A stretch of 64,000 bases of DNA from Rhodospirillales bacterium. GTDB lineage: Bacteria; Pseudomonadota; Alphaproteobacteria; Bin95. The stretch lies in the NCBI GenBank assembly GCA_038143065.1, contig JAYQLI010000035.1, positions 544,001 to 608,000 of the forward strand, read 5' to 3'. Below the pieces are notes generated by a model, which searched no databases, had not been told where the DNA came from, and saw only the letters and a list, made by a program, of their open reading frames with translations. This document shows positions 42,757 to 54,738 of this stretch, piece by piece. Position 1 is the stretch's first letter. Every line of letters begins with the position of its first letter. The translations under genes were made by a program, and so were the position numbers.

Positions 42757-44248
42757 CTAACTTTCATAGTCTTGAGCTATCAATCTATCTAACAAACGAA
42801 CTCCAAAGCCTACCCCACCTTTTGGGGTGGTTGGTTTGGCTTGGTTGGTCCATGCAACACCCGCGATATCAAGATGCGCCCAAGGAGTGTTATTGGTAAC
42901 AAATCTTTGAATAAATTGCGCAGCCGTAATACTTCCTGCCTCTCGCCCACCCACGTTTTTCATGTCCGCAACGTTAGAAGATAACTGCTTGTCGTATGCG
43001 CTATTGAGCGGCATACGCCAAACTGTTTCACCGGATGCTTTCCCTGCACTGTCTAATTTTTGAGCTAAATCGTCATTATTTGAAAACAATCCGGCATGAG
43101 TGCTGCCGAGCGAAATGATAATCGCTCCAGTGAGGGTTGCCAGATCAATTATTGCAGAGGGATTAAATTTTTTCTGAGCATGCCAAATTGCATCAGCCAG
43201 TACGAGCCTACCCTCGGCATCAGTGTTTATCACCTCTACGGTCTGTCCTGACATCGTCTTTACAATGTCACCTGGCCGTTGAGCGTTTGCAGATGGCATA
43301 TTTTCGACAAGTCCAATTACACCGACCACATCTGCTTTAGCTTTTCTGCCGGCAATAGCAGCCATTGTGCCTACAACAGCCGCAGCTCCGCCCATGTCAT
43401 ACTTCATATCTTCCATACCGCCGGCTGGCTTTATGGAAATACCACCAGTATCAAACGTTACGCCTTTGCCCACTAAAACTAAGGGCTGCTTTACTCCTTT
43501 TCTGCCTCGCCAGCGCATAATGACCATTCTCGCAGGTCGAGCACTGCCCTGAGCTACTCCAAGCAACGCCCCCATTCCCAACTTCGCCATATTTTTATCT
43601 GTAAGAACTTGCACTTCAACACCTAACTCTCGAAGTGCAAGGCATCTAGAAGCAAAGCTCTCGGGGTATAAAATATTAGGTGGTTCCTCGAGAAGATCTC
43701 GGGCTATATGAACACCATCTGCGATTTTATCGTTACTTCGAAAAGCTTACGCGCTTCTTTATTATTTTTTAATTGCATCCTTACTGAATTAAGCGAGGCC
43801 CTGCCCTTATTATCTTCTTTCGATCTGTATTTATTAAAACGATAAGATGCCAGCTTCATACCGAAGGCTATCTCTGATGCAATTATCTCATCGGCGATAG
43901 CTGAACCCTTTGGTGGCGTGCAATCGATTGTTATTTGGCTTACACCACTATTTGATAATCGGGAGAAAAGTTCACCGCCAAGATTCTGAGCATCAAGAAC
44001 GTGGAAATCATCAGGTTTTCCAATACTCATAGCTATGAGACGTTGGTATCCCACGTCCTTCCCTGTCGGAAGGTCAATACATTCGCCTTTTTACCCGTAT
44101 TTCCAAATGCGACTAGCCCACGACTCACCGCACCATTCAGCATGTTATCAGCAGAAGCAGCCGGCCCACTTAACGTTTGGCCATCTCCAAACAGCGTGAC
44201 ATAAGCCCCAGCTTTTGGTATCGAAGGGGTAGTAAATGAAAAGCGCAT
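42757..44248 (-). CDS. pepA: Leucyl aminopeptidase (frameshifts near 44050 and 43725)
   Basis: [41 protein letters not shown]. Confidence 0.95.
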
Positions 44249-44407
44249 TTTGACTCCAGCCTTAAAAATCATAACTAGTACGTTATCATAAGCTTACAAT
44301 TGGGTTTGCTCTACTGCCTGCGTCAATCTTATGCCCTTTTGTTTCATATAATTCATCGCCATCTTTCAAAAATTATCGCATACATTTCATAGGATATTCG
44401 TTCCTCT

Positions 44408-45678
44408 ATGAGACTAATGTTGAAAAAAGCCTAGTTTCCTTGATCGCAATTCTCGCCATCTGGTCTCAGGTGTGTGTTTCTGCAAAGGCTCAGCAGCTTG
44501 TTGGCCGGATAGTTGCTTCCGTTAACGATGATGCGATAACCGACTTCGATATTGATGCTCGTGCAAGATTGCTTCTTGCAGCCTCTAATGCTCAACCGAA
44601 CGCTGATTCAATTTCTCGGGCAAGCAGAAGTGCTCTTAATGAATTAATTGACGAACGTTTGAAGATTCAAGAGGCTAAGAGGCTAAATATTGGCGCCACA
44701 GATGATGAGATTAAGGCTGCTGTCCGCACGATTGAAAGAAATAACAATAAAGCGCCTGGGGGTATTTTTCAGGACCTGACCCAGTTGGGTGTACCCTTCG
44801 ATACATTTATTGAGAGAATTAAAGCCTCAGTAGTTTGGCGAAAACTCCTGCGAACACGAGTGTTACCTCAGGTTAAAGTTGCACAAGCTGAGGTAAAAGG
44901 TGCAATTGAGCGAGCTGAAAATTCCGATGGCAAAGTGCTTGTGCGAGTTGCTGAAATTTTTATTCCATACGGGGATGAAAGCGCTCGTTCCAAGGCACTG
45001 GAGAAGGCAGAAGAATTAAGAGCAAAAGCAAAAAACACGAATGCCTTCATGCAGCTTGCAAAACTACATTCGCGAGCCCCAACAGCCACAGTTGGCGGAG
45101 ACTTGGGAGAGATACAAGTAAGCGCCTTAGATAAAAAAATTGGTGTCGTTGCATTAGAGTTGCCACCTGGTTCTACTAGTCCCCCGATTGAAGTCTCCGA
45201 TGGCGTTTATGTCATTCATCTAATTTCTAAACGGAACCTATCAGAAATTAATTCAGGGCAGGAAAAAGTAACTCTTGCGCAAGCGTACACTCGTATTCCA
45301 AGGAATGCAACGATTGATGAAATAAGCAATAGTCTAAAGCAAACCGTTGGGAGCGCCGACACCTGTGATGCATTTGATGCAGCCGCGAAAGGAATTTCTT
45401 CCAATCAGCCCCCGCGAATTATCGATGCAAATATTTCTGATCTACCAGGATTTGTTCTAAAATACGTTACCGGAATGGAAATAGGGCAACAAACTCCTGC
45501 CCTACGAATTAACAGCGGTGTAGTGGTTTTGATGATGTGTGATCGTAAAGTGTCTGAACCTACATCCCAATCAGAACAGCTTATTTCAGATTCCTTGCAG
45601 TTTGAGCGCATTGAACGGCAAGCTGACTCTTACCTACGTGATCTTCGCCGTTTGGCACTTATTGAAATCAATCGGTGA
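44408..45678 (+). CDS. surA: Periplasmic chaperone/peptidyl-prolyl isomerase SurA (probable 1-nt loss in A run near 44425)
   Basis: IVASVNDDAIT, LIDERLKIQEA, GGDLG, YLRDLRRLALIE; upstream of pdxA-rsmA. Confidence 0.9.
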
Positions 45679-45688
45679 ACCAAAGAAC

Positions 45689-46705
45689 ATGACTAAACCA
45701 ATTGCTATCACAATGGGAGATCCTGCTGGTGTCGGTGGCGAGTTAACTATTTCAGCGTGGTTGGCGAAACATACTAGTTCAAACGCCTTCTATGTTTATG
45801 ACTGCCCTCGCCGACTTCATGCATTAGCTAGACATCTTAAAGTTGATTTAGCAATTGCTGAAATATCACAACCAGAAGAAGCATTTTCCTGCTTTTCTAA
45901 AGCTCTTCCTGTGCTACCGGTTACACTGCCTAGTTTACCAGTTCCAGGACAGCCCAATCCTCAACATGCTGAATTTGCCATTCAATCTATTGAGCTTGCG
46001 GTGAAAGCATGTATGTCTGGGCAAGCTGCTGGAGTAGTTACAAACCCAGTATATAAAAAAAGTTTTTATGACGCTGGATTTAAATATCCCGGACAAACCG
46101 AGTTTGTCGGTGCAATCAGTGACCCATCAGCTCTGCCTTTGATGCTTCTTGCTGGCCCATCTTTAAAGGTTGTGCCATTAACAACCCACTTACCATTGAG
46201 TGACGCAGTGAAGTCTGTAACGTCAGACCGAATAATTACTGTATGCACCGCAATGGCAAAATCTCTTGCTCAAGATTTTGGATTTTCTCCACCAAGGATC
46301 GCTATAAGTGGCTTAAATCCGCACGCAGGTGAAGAAGGCAAAATGGGTACGGAAGAAGTTGAGATTATCGAGCCAGCAATCAAAGCATTAAATGGCCGCG
46401 GGCTATCTGTCGTGGGACCATTAAGTCCTGACTCTATGTTTCATAACGAAGCACGAGAAAGCTATGATGCCGCGCTTTGCATGTATCATGATCAAGCTTT
46501 AATTCCTTTAAAGACATTAGACTTTTACTCCGGTGTGAACATAACATTGGGATTGCCGATAGTTAGGACATCGCCTGACCACGGGACAGCATTCAATATT
46601 GCGGGAACCGGTAGTGTAGATTCTTCAAGTTTCCTAGCTGCTATAGAATTTGCGGAAGCAATTTCAGGCCGCCGAAACGCAACCAAGTCCAATGCCATTA
46701 GCTAA
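45689..46705 (+). CDS. pdxA: 4-hydroxythreonine-4-phosphate dehydrogenase
   Basis: TMGDPAGVG, GLNPHAGE, MYHDQ, RTSPDHGTA. Confidence 0.97.
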   Translation: MTKPIAITMGDPAGVGGELTISAWLAKHTSSNAFYVYDCPRRLHALARHLKVDLAIAEISQPEEAFSCFSKALPVLPVTLPSLPVPGQPNPQHAEFAIQSIELAVKACMSGQAAGVVTNPVYKKSFYDAGFKYPGQTEFVGAISDPSALPLMLLAGPSLKVVPLTTHLPLSDAVKSVTSDRIITVCTAMAKSLAQDFGFSPPRIAISGLNPHAGEEGKMGTEEVEIIEPAIKALNGRGLSVVGPLSPDSMFHNEARESYDAALCMYHDQALIPLKTLDFYSGVNITLGLPIVRTSPDHGTAFNIAGTGSVDSSSFLAAIEFAEAISGRRNATKSNAIS

Positions 46706-47522
46706 TTTACCGCCAATCCGCGAAGTAATTCGTGCCCATGGTCTTTCTGCTGACAAACGATTTGGACAGCACTTTCTGACTGATCCTAATATCCTGACTC
46801 GGATTGCGGCAGCAGCAGAACCTTTAAATCAAGGGACAATTATTGAGATAGGCCCAGGACCAGGAGGGCTGACGCGCGCACTGCTAGAACGAGGTGCGTC
46901 TAGGCTAATAGTAATTGAAATAGATCCAAGATGCGCTGCAATAGCTAGAGAGATTGCGGAAGAAGAACCTCGTTTAACCGTAATTGAAGGTGATGCATTA
47001 GAAATTGATGTGAAAGATCTTGGTCCGTCTCCAAGGAAAATTGTTGCAAACTTACCGTACAATATTGCAACACCTCTGCTTATAAAATGGCTGCGCACGT
47101 CGGCATATCATTCTGATGCAATAAATCTCATGACGCTTATGTTTCAGCGAGAGGTTGCCGATCGTCTGCTGGCAAAACCTGGCCAAAAGACTTACGGACG
47201 TCTTTCTGTTCTTACACAATGGCGCACGATCGCAAATAAGGTGATGGACTTACCAGCAGGTGCCTTTACGCCCCCTCCTAAGGTGCGTTCTTCGGTTATA
47301 AACTTAAATCCTTTACCTGCTTTGGATGACCCGGATTTATTCCAAGCAATGGAGAGAACAACTGCTGCAGCGTTTGGTCAGCGTCGAAAAATGCTGAGGC
47401 AATCATTAAAAGCCATTAGAAACTCTGAAGAAGTCTTAAAAATTGCGTGTTTAGACGGTTCCAGGCGAGCTGAGACCTTATCTACTGCGGAGTTCGTAGC
47501 TTTAGCGACTGCGGCTGGATAA
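46692..47522 (+). CDS. rsmA: 16S rRNA m6,2A dimethyltransferase KsgA
   Basis: KRFGQHFL, EIGPGPG, NLPYNI, FGQRRK. Confidence 0.97.
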   Translation: MPLANLPPIREVIRAHGLSADKRFGQHFLTDPNILTRIAAAAEPLNQGTIIEIGPGPGGLTRALLERGASRLIVIEIDPRCAAIAREIAEEEPRLTVIEGDALEIDVKDLGPSPRKIVANLPYNIATPLLIKWLRTSAYHSDAINLMTLMFQREVADRLLAKPGQKTYGRLSVLTQWRTIANKVMDLPAGAFTPPPKVRSSVINLNPLPALDDPDLFQAMERTTAAAFGQRRKMLRQSLKAIRNSEEVLKIACLDGSRRAETLSTAEFVALATAAG

Positions 47523-48038
47523 CTCCAAACCTTCTTCTCTAATCCGCCTTATCGCCTTATTAGCTGCCTCTTTACCGTAACGCTGACCTATTAATTTACC
47601 TTTATCAATTCCAATTGAAGCTATTGAGCGCATTTGAATTAGCGCTTTTTGTCCAAGAGAGCTTTCATAAAAACTTGATATTTCATTAAGTTCTAAGGTG
47701 GAAAAGCGATCTTTGTAAAGCTCAATTGTGGCATCCAGCATGGCATTCACGACCTTTGGCATAACTGCTTCAAATTCTTCATCTAAAATATCAAAAGCTC
47801 TTCCAGGCATGCCGGGATTGCTCTGCTGTAACTGGCCCATAACACCGGCTATTTCGCTATGATACAGTCCAAAGGCAGTTTCTCTAAAATAAGTAGCAGC
47901 TGCTAAGAGAGCTGCTGCAGCATGATGTAATTGCTCAGCAGTTTCTGTATCTATGCGAAGAGACTGTGAACTTACCGCACCACTGAAAACCAGAAAAAAA
48001 CTGAAAAAAACAAAAACCTTTGATGGGAAGAATTTCAT
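47502..48038 (-). CDS. Exported protein, DUF2059-like
   Basis: Signal peptide, LYKDRFSTLELNEISSFYESSLGQK motif. Confidence 0.7.
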   Translation of the reverse strand: MKFFPSKVFVFFSFFLVFSGAVSSQSLRIDTETAEQLHHAAAALLAAATYFRETAFGLYHSEIAGVMGQLQQSNPGMPGRAFDILDEEFEAVMPKVVNAMLDATIELYKDRFSTLELNEISSFYESSLGQKALIQMRSIASIGIDKGKLIGQRYGKEAANKAIRRIREEGLELSSRSR

Positions 48039-48479
48039 TCAACAATCTCTTAGCAATATTGAGGAGAGTCCTTCTCTTATATTTGAAGGAAGCGCTGTTG
48101 GTCTTATTGTTACCCGATCGACAAAAACGTGCACAAAAAAACCCTGGGCTGAGGGTTTTAAATCATTATCGGCAAATAAACCCACTTCGTAACGAACACT
48201 TGATGTCCCTAGATGAGCTACTCTTAACCCACAATTAATAATTGACGGAAATGTAACAGGCCTAAAATATTGACAGCCACTTTCAACAACAAGCCCGATA
48301 GCCGCGGCATGATCCTTGTCGTGCGAGCATTCAGTCACCAAGAAGCCTGTTAAGCAGCTATCGATAAACCCATAAAATGCCATATTGTTGACATGTCCGT
48401 AGGAGTCCATGTCAGCCCAACGCGTTTGAATTTGCATGAAGTATGTTAAATCCGAACGGCTGAGAGGTTCGCCTGACAT
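48039..48479 (-). CDS. Acyl-CoA thioesterase (4HBT/YbgC hot-dog family)
   Basis: RWADMDSYGHVNN, LGTSSVRY, FVHVFVDR. Confidence 0.92.
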   Translation of the reverse strand: MSGEPLSRSDLTYFMQIQTRWADMDSYGHVNNMAFYGFIDSCLTGFLVTECSHDKDHAAAIGLVVESGCQYFRPVTFPSIINCGLRVAHLGTSSVRYEVGLFADNDLKPSAQGFFVHVFVDRVTIRPTALPSNIREGLSSILLRDC

Positions 48480-48590
48480 ACCTGCTCCTTAAAATAGGTT
48501 AAATTGCTGAAAAATTGCCAAATGCAAATGGACTCTCAATAGCTTTTTGTTATCGTTAAATAATCAAAAATATTATAATTTCTGATACAA

Positions 48591-48781
48591 TTAAGTCTTA
48601 TTTAAAAATAATGACTCAGCGGCATTTAGATCACCTTTTTTCGATCTATTTCCAGCTTAACACGCCCAATTTCGGCTTCTAAGTTTTGCATTAGTTCTTC
48701 TAAATCAACTACAGAGTATGATTCTAAATTTTCACCTATTCGATACCGTAAATCTGGCCTGGGCTCATCTTCTTCAAACAT
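48591..48781 (-). CDS. DUF1192 family small protein (frameshift in A run near 48640)
   Basis: IGENLESYSVVDLEE…LEAEIGR; other frame ends NAAESLF. Confidence 0.8.
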
Positions 48782-48816
48782 TAAATATCTCCATCTGCGC
48801 AGCAAAGATAACAAGG

Positions 48817-50709
48817 CTAGACGATATTTTTAACCCTTCGCATATCTCCATCACGAACCGTTCGTCCGATCCGGTCTGTATATTCTAGTACTTCAATGGC
48901 AACGTTACGCCCAATGCCTGCTTCATCCTTAAAACTCTGAGCTGTAAAACTTCCATCAATATTTTTAGAGGCAACCTTAGCGGCAATTTTTACTAGCTCA
49001 TCGATTGCCTCATGAGGGAAGAAACGATTATTTGCCACAGGCGCGACTAGCCCCATCCGTGCTGCTCGTTTCAGCAATGCTTCAATTGGCTTGTGATCAA
49101 CACCAATCAAATCTGCCAACTCTCTAACACGTGGAGGACGCAAATTGCCTTCCTTTAGCAGTGGCTCAACCTTATTCCATAACTTTCTTTCTTGATCCGA
49201 AAATTGCACTGTATGCGTTTTTAACGCCAGGCGCCCGCCTGCGCGAGTAATATTACCCGCACTTGCCATACTATCGATGACTGCCCCAAAAAGGCGTGTA
49301 TCAGGGATATCCGCTAGTGTTTGTCGTAATGCTGGGGCTGGAGCGCCAACATCTTCCGGACGTAACTTGTGCCATTGCTCTAAACTAGAGAGAATTTGTT
49401 GTTGAAGATTAAAAACAACTTTTGGGGATGCTAAGATAGCCCCAATGCCTTCTCCAAGCTGAATATGCGAAACTGCCTTTAAAACTTTAGCCTTCATCGC
49501 ATCTGACAGATTGTATGACTTTGAAAACGTTAGCCAATCAACAACAGAGCCATTTCCCAAAATATTTGAAAGTGCGAGGTCGGGATCAGCAGTATTTAAA
49601 GCCGTAAACCTACCTTTTACCCTCCAGCGTCGATAAGGGGGAGCTGGATCAAGGATGCGCCCACCACCAAGTGTTGATTTGGCCTGTTGGTCTCTAATGA
49701 CAAAACGTTCCCAACAAACTGCTGGTATAGTTTTTTCAAGGATGACACGTGCAAATGCTGACTGACCTGGTTCTAGATTTCGGTGCTCAAGCAGTAAGAT
49801 ACGACCTGGAATGTCAGCAGATCCATGATGGAAATGTACTTTTTGTCCATCCTGAAAACCTTTGCCATCCAGGGCTTTAGCTGCAGCTGTTACGTTGACA
49901 TCTAATCTGGAAGTGCTCAGTAGCGCCTCTTCCGCAACTAACCAATCACCACGGCTAATATCTTCAAGTGAGACACCGCTTATATTGATTGCCAAACGTT
50001 CACCGTCTCTTCCAGCATGACTTTCAAGATTTTGTGCATGTATTCCGCGCACACGAACTTGTTTTCCTGAAGGCGCTATACAAATCTTGTCACCAATCTT
50101 AACTGCGCCCGCATACGCTGACCCCGTAACTATCAACCCAACTCCCCGCATTTGGAAAACACGGTCAACAGCTAGTCTAAAACGCCCTTCTGCCGGAGGC
50201 CGAATTAACGATTTTGCTGTTTGGTGAAGGTGCACACGTAAGGCTTCGATCCCGTCTCCGCTTATACTGGAGACCGGAAATACTGGAGAATTTTCTAAAG
50301 GCCCTCCCACCGTGAGGTTCTTTATATCTTCAATTACTCGATCAATACGCTCTTTGTTAGCTAAATCAGTTTTGTTAATCACAATAGCACCGACTGGTGC
50401 ATCGAGAAGATTTAGTATTGCTAAATGTTCGCGAGTTTGGGGCATTACCCCATCGTCGGCGGCGATAACTAATAGGGCCATATCTACGCCGGTGACACCT
50501 GCTAACATGGCTCTAACAAATCGTTCGTGTCCAGGGACGTCAATAAAACCAATACGTGTTGCTGAAGGTCCGGTCATGTAAGCAAAACCAAGATCAATGG
50601 TCATGCCTCTTCGCTTTTCCTCTGGCAAGCGATCAGCATCAACACCAGTCAGTGCCCGCACAAGTGATGTTTTGCCGTGGTCAATATGCCCTGCAGTGGC
50701 GACAATCAT
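48817..50709 (-). CDS. selB: Selenocysteine-specific elongation factor
   Basis: [35 protein letters not shown]-terminal winged-helix [11 protein letters not shown]. Confidence 0.97.
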   Translation of the reverse strand: MIVATAGHIDHGKTSLVRALTGVDADRLPEEKRRGMTIDLGFAYMTGPSATRIGFIDVPGHERFVRAMLAGVTGVDMALLVIAADDGVMPQTREHLAILNLLDAPVGAIVINKTDLANKERIDRVIEDIKNLTVGGPLENSPVFPVSSISGDGIEALRVHLHQTAKSLIRPPAEGRFRLAVDRVFQMRGVGLIVTGSAYAGAVKIGDKICIAPSGKQVRVRGIHAQNLESHAGRDGERLAINISGVSLEDISRGDWLVAEEALLSTSRLDVNVTAAAKALDGKGFQDGQKVHFHHGSADIPGRILLLEHRNLEPGQSAFARVILEKTIPAVCWERFVIRDQQAKSTLGGGRILDPAPPYRRWRVKGRFTALNTADPDLALSNILGNGSVVDWLTFSKSYNLSDAMKAKVLKAVSHIQLGEGIGAILASPKVVFNLQQQILSSLEQWHKLRPEDVGAPAPALRQTLADIPDTRLFGAVIDSMASAGNITRAGGRLALKTHTVQFSDQERKLWNKVEPLLKEGNLRPPRVRELADLIGVDHKPIEALLKRAARMGLVAPVANNRFFPHEAIDELVKIAAKVASKNIDGSFTAQSFKDEAGIGRNVAIEVLEYTDRIGRTVRDGDMRRVKNIV

Positions 50710-52094
50710 TTAAAATTGGACCTATCGACATTGGCTTTAATTGCAGAAACGTTGTCCAAACATCTACAATCCAGCCAAAATTTTTTCTTCGTGAATTCTA
50801 CCGATTACTGGGGTAGGCAAATTTCGAAATTGCAACGCAAGTTTTTTAAGCTTTCCACCCGAAGCTTTTTTGAAGAATTTCTGTGTTGAAAGGTCACCGC
50901 AAAGCTATCTAAAACGTCAACAGGTAGTGCTCCGGATCCTATCTGACTCTTGCATGATGCTACTTCTACTTTCCACTCTGGAACATATGAACTTAAAACC
51001 GCAGCTAATGTTTCTGCAATTTCCCTAATTTCGGGCCCTTTACGAGATAAATACCGAAATGTTGGCAAGTTTTCTGCCAATGTCTCATCATTATCATACA
51101 AAGCTAATGTTGCTTCCAACGCTGCCAAAGTAATTTTATCTAATCGAATTGCGCGCTTGAGTGGATTTCTCGAAATTTTTGCAACTAGGTCTTTTCTGCC
51201 TACAATTAGGCCAGCTTGTGGTCCCCCCATTAATTTATCGCCAGAGAAACTGACAATATCAGCGCCATCCAATAATGCCTCTTGAACTGTACGCTCATAA
51301 GGAAGTCCCCAACGCCGCAGATCAACTAAAGCACCAGCTCCTAGTTCATCGTAAAAAGGTATTCCATGCTTATGCGCTAGGGCAGCTAGATCTTTCTCGG
51401 CAACGGATGAAGTGAAACCTTGGATAGCAAAATTAGATGGTCTAACTCTTACTATAATACCTGTTTTATTTGATATGGCATTTGCATAATCACTGAGATG
51501 TGTTCGATTTGTAGCCCCAACTTCACGCAATTTAACTCCGGCTCTTGCCATAACTTCCGGCATTCTGAATGAACCGCCAATCTCCACCAATTCTCCTCGT
51601 GAGATGATAGCTTCCTTACCCCTACTTAAAGAATTTAGAACTGCCATCACCGCTGCTGCATTATTATTTACGGCTATACCAGCCTCAGCTCCAGTAAGGC
51701 GCATTAGCCAGGTTACGACATGACTATCCCTCTCTCCCCTGGCACCACGCTTCAAATCATATTCTAGATTTATAAAACCGGCGGCATTATTCATTGCCGA
51801 CAGAGCAGCATCAGGTAATGGGGCCCTACCCAAATTTGTATGAAGAACAGAACCGGTCAAATTGATGACTGGTTTGATAGATTTAACTTTTCGCTTCGCC
51901 AGAGCTAAAGCTGCAGAGCCAAATATTTGTTCTTCATTCCCCTCGTTATTAGTCCGACAAAAATCCACCGCGGCGCGCAGCTCTTCTGTTGCAGCCTTCC
52001 TGCCGTAAACGGTTATTAGATCCTGCCCCTCTGTGGCGCGAAGGAGCGCATCAATACTTGGAGGCTGCCATGAATGTAGTGCAGGTTTGCTCAT
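50706..52094 (-). CDS. selA: L-seryl-tRNA(Sec) selenium transferase (C-terminal frameshifts near 50865 and 50780)
   Basis: [47 protein letters not shown]; corrected end [11 protein letters not shown]…TGA overlapping the selB ATG. Confidence 0.96.
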
Positions 52095-52214
52095 AAGCTA
52101 GATCACACAGAGAGGTTAGGTAAAGAATATCTAGAAGTTAAATTTCGAGAAGTTAAAACTATCCCGTTTGGTGCATCATATTTTCTAGGATTAATCGTTT
52201 TGATCAAAATGTCC

Positions 52215-53508
52215 TCAACCAATTGCATCTCTAACTCGATAGTAGGCAGCAACTATTGATAAAAACCATGGATTTCCGCTGTACATGGGCATTGTCGGAA
52301 AATTCATTCCATCTAATGCTGTAGAAGCAGTAGGATCATTTAGCATTCGAAGACCCAATTTATGACCAAGATACGTGCTCATTGCCACACCCGATCCGAG
52401 ATATCCGCATGCGTAATGAACACCATCTATCATGCCAATGTGCGGCAGCTTATCAAAAGTAAAGCCAAGTTTTCCGCCCCAAGCATGTGTAATTTTTGTT
52501 TTCTCTAGTTCTGGCCACACCTTCAACATAAAGTTGCGCAGATAAGGAGCAGCATCGCTGGCCTCAGAGTTTTTCAGGAGTGGCCTGCCACCCATAAGTA
52601 TCCGCCGCCCGTCATGACTTGCTCGGTAATAATGAACCGTCCGCTTCGTATCAATAATCATATTTCCTCGCGGAATAAGCCGATTGACTTGTGCTTCCGG
52701 CAATTCTTCAGTTGCAATAATTTGACTAGCTACGGGAATTATACGGTTAGTAAGCTTAGGTAATACGCCATCAGTATAACCATTTGCTCCAATAGCAACC
52801 TGCCCTGCCCTCATGACCCCCCGCGCGGTTCTAACAAGAATAGCTTTTCCTTCTCGGCTCAAAGAAGTCACGGATGTTCCATCAATTATTACACCACCAG
52901 CAGTTTTAACTCTCTAGAAGGCCTTGATGAAATTTAGCTGGGTGAATAACTCCATCTCTAACATTAAAGCGACCACCATAATAAAAGCTTGAGCCGATAT
53001 GCTCCGACTGCTGCGAGGCTTCAATTATTTTCACCTCGGCCCCCAGCCTAGAATGCAGGGTATCTGCTTCTGCCTTGAGATAATCTAATTTATTCGGCTT
53101 GTGAGCGCCCACATATCTACCAGACCGAGTGAAATTTGCTTGAATTTGCTCCCGCTCGAGCAAAGCCTCCAAGTAATCAACGCTTGCTTTTCCTTCAAGC
53201 CACAATTGTTTTGCTCGGTCAATTCCAAGCATTTTTTCAGTGTTTTGATACGATAGTTTAAATGGAAAGTTTCCTACACCTCCTCCGTTGCGAGAGCTTG
53301 CGCCATGGCCTGCTTCTGCAGCTTCAAATACAACTACTGATTTTCCACCCCTTAGTGCAGTCAGAGCAGCAGATAATCCAGTATATCCAGATCCAACGAT
53401 AGCTACATCCGCCTCTTTTGGGATTGGTCTGGGTTCACTCTTCCAAAGTGGAAATTCTTCCCACCAAAATGGCTGGTAAGTGGTTCCTGTGAGAGGGTCC
53501 TCAGACAT
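52215..53508 (-). CDS. FAD-dependent oxidoreductase, DAO/PuuB-like (frameshift near 52910)
   Basis: VGSGYTGLSAA, GASSRNGG, HPAKF, ANGYT, WGG…TFDKLPHIG, GYLGSGV. Confidence 0.9.
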
Positions 53509-53511
53509 TAA

Positions 53512-53982
53512 TTAATCTTCCAACCCCTTCATTAAGCGCAGGGGATTATACTCAAGGACACAATCACCTCTTTGTGTGACTACCCTATTAAGAGTTCTCA
53601 CAAGACCTCTTCCGCCACGACTAGCAGCACGACTTTCAATAACCTCAATTTCAACATGGATCGTATCGTCTACTAACGTTGGGCCCTTAATATCTAAAGT
53701 CATACCCAAAAAAGCAAAACCTGTTTTTTGCAACGTTGACTGCATAACAAGCCCTTCTGCTACTGAAAATACGAGAGCACCGGGAACTATGCGCTTACCC
53801 GTAGGTGAGTCATGTTCGATGTACTCGAGATTATTAAAAAGGACTTCCTGCATTCCTGTTACACCAATGAATGAAATCAAATCACTTTCAAAGAGTGTAC
53901 GTCCTATTGTCTTGAGTTTACGTCCCACGGGCAATTCCTGCCAATAGAACCCCGTTCCAAGTTCCTCGAAATCGCCACCCAC
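53512..53982 (-). CDS. MaoC family dehydratase
   Basis: GRTLFESD, GKRIVPG, PTLVDDTI hot-dog pattern. Confidence 0.85.
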   Translation of the reverse strand: MGGDFEELGTGFYWQELPVGRKLKTIGRTLFESDLISFIGVTGMQEVLFNNLEYIEHDSPTGKRIVPGALVFSVAEGLVMQSTLQKTGFAFLGMTLDIKGPTLVDDTIHVEIEVIESRAASRGGRGLVRTLNRVVTQRGDCVLEYNPLRLMKGLED

Positions 53983-54055
53983 AGGAAAATCTCCTCTTCC
54001 ACTGTTTTTTAACTCTATCGTCTATTACTCTAAGAAAAACATAGTGTCATAGAAT

Positions 54056-54250
54056 ATGATCCCGAGACCACCACCTCTTCCCAGAATAAAAAGTCCTTGC
54101 GTGAAGGTGTGTAGGCTTGATTCCAATACTCAATTCTGTGAGGGATGTGGGCGAACTTCAGATGAGGTGGCGCGATGGATTAGGATGACTGAAGCTGAAC
54201 GAGACGCTATCTTAGCAACTCTTCCGCAACGGCTGGTCAGTATCCGGTAG
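54056..54250 (+). CDS. DUF1289 family protein
   Basis: SPCVKVC…CEGCGRTSDEVARW. Confidence 0.88.
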   Translation: MIPRPPPLPRIKSPCVKVCRLDSNTQFCEGCGRTSDEVARWIRMTEAERDAILATLPQRLVSIR

Positions 54251-54708
54251 TTATTTCAAGTAAAATTCCATCTGGATCACGAAAATAAACCGAACCCTTT
54301 GTTGTAGTCCCGTTTTAGATCATAACTAATCCCTTTAGCTTCAAGGGTTCTAATAATTCTCGCAAGTTGGGTTGAGCTAGCCTTCATAGCCAAATGATGC
54401 ATTGACCCAACACCCCTGACTGTCTTGGCTGGACCTTTTTTCGGAAAATCAAAAAATGCCAAAAAATTCTTACCACCCATGTCTAGAAAGATATGAGTCG
54501 AACTCGGCTCATCTCTATTTGGTAAAATTTTATTGAGCGTCATACCCACAATGTTTGTATAAAATTCAATGGTTTGTTCAATGTCTGAACAAATGAGAGC
54601 TAGATGGTCAACACCACCAGTTTGCACTGAAGAAGATCCGGCAGGTTGATTGGTTGGGTGAAATTTTTGAACTAAAGCAGCTCTTTTCAATTCATAATCA
54701 ATTTTCAT
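54237..54708 (-). CDS. VOC (glyoxalase/bleomycin resistance) family protein (frameshift near 54310)
   Basis: DHLAL…TIEFY, LAFFDF, HHLAM; other frame ends SVYFRDPDGILLEI. Confidence 0.88.
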
Positions 54709-54738
54709 TGCACTACTCGCCGAAGAGTTTTCATACTT

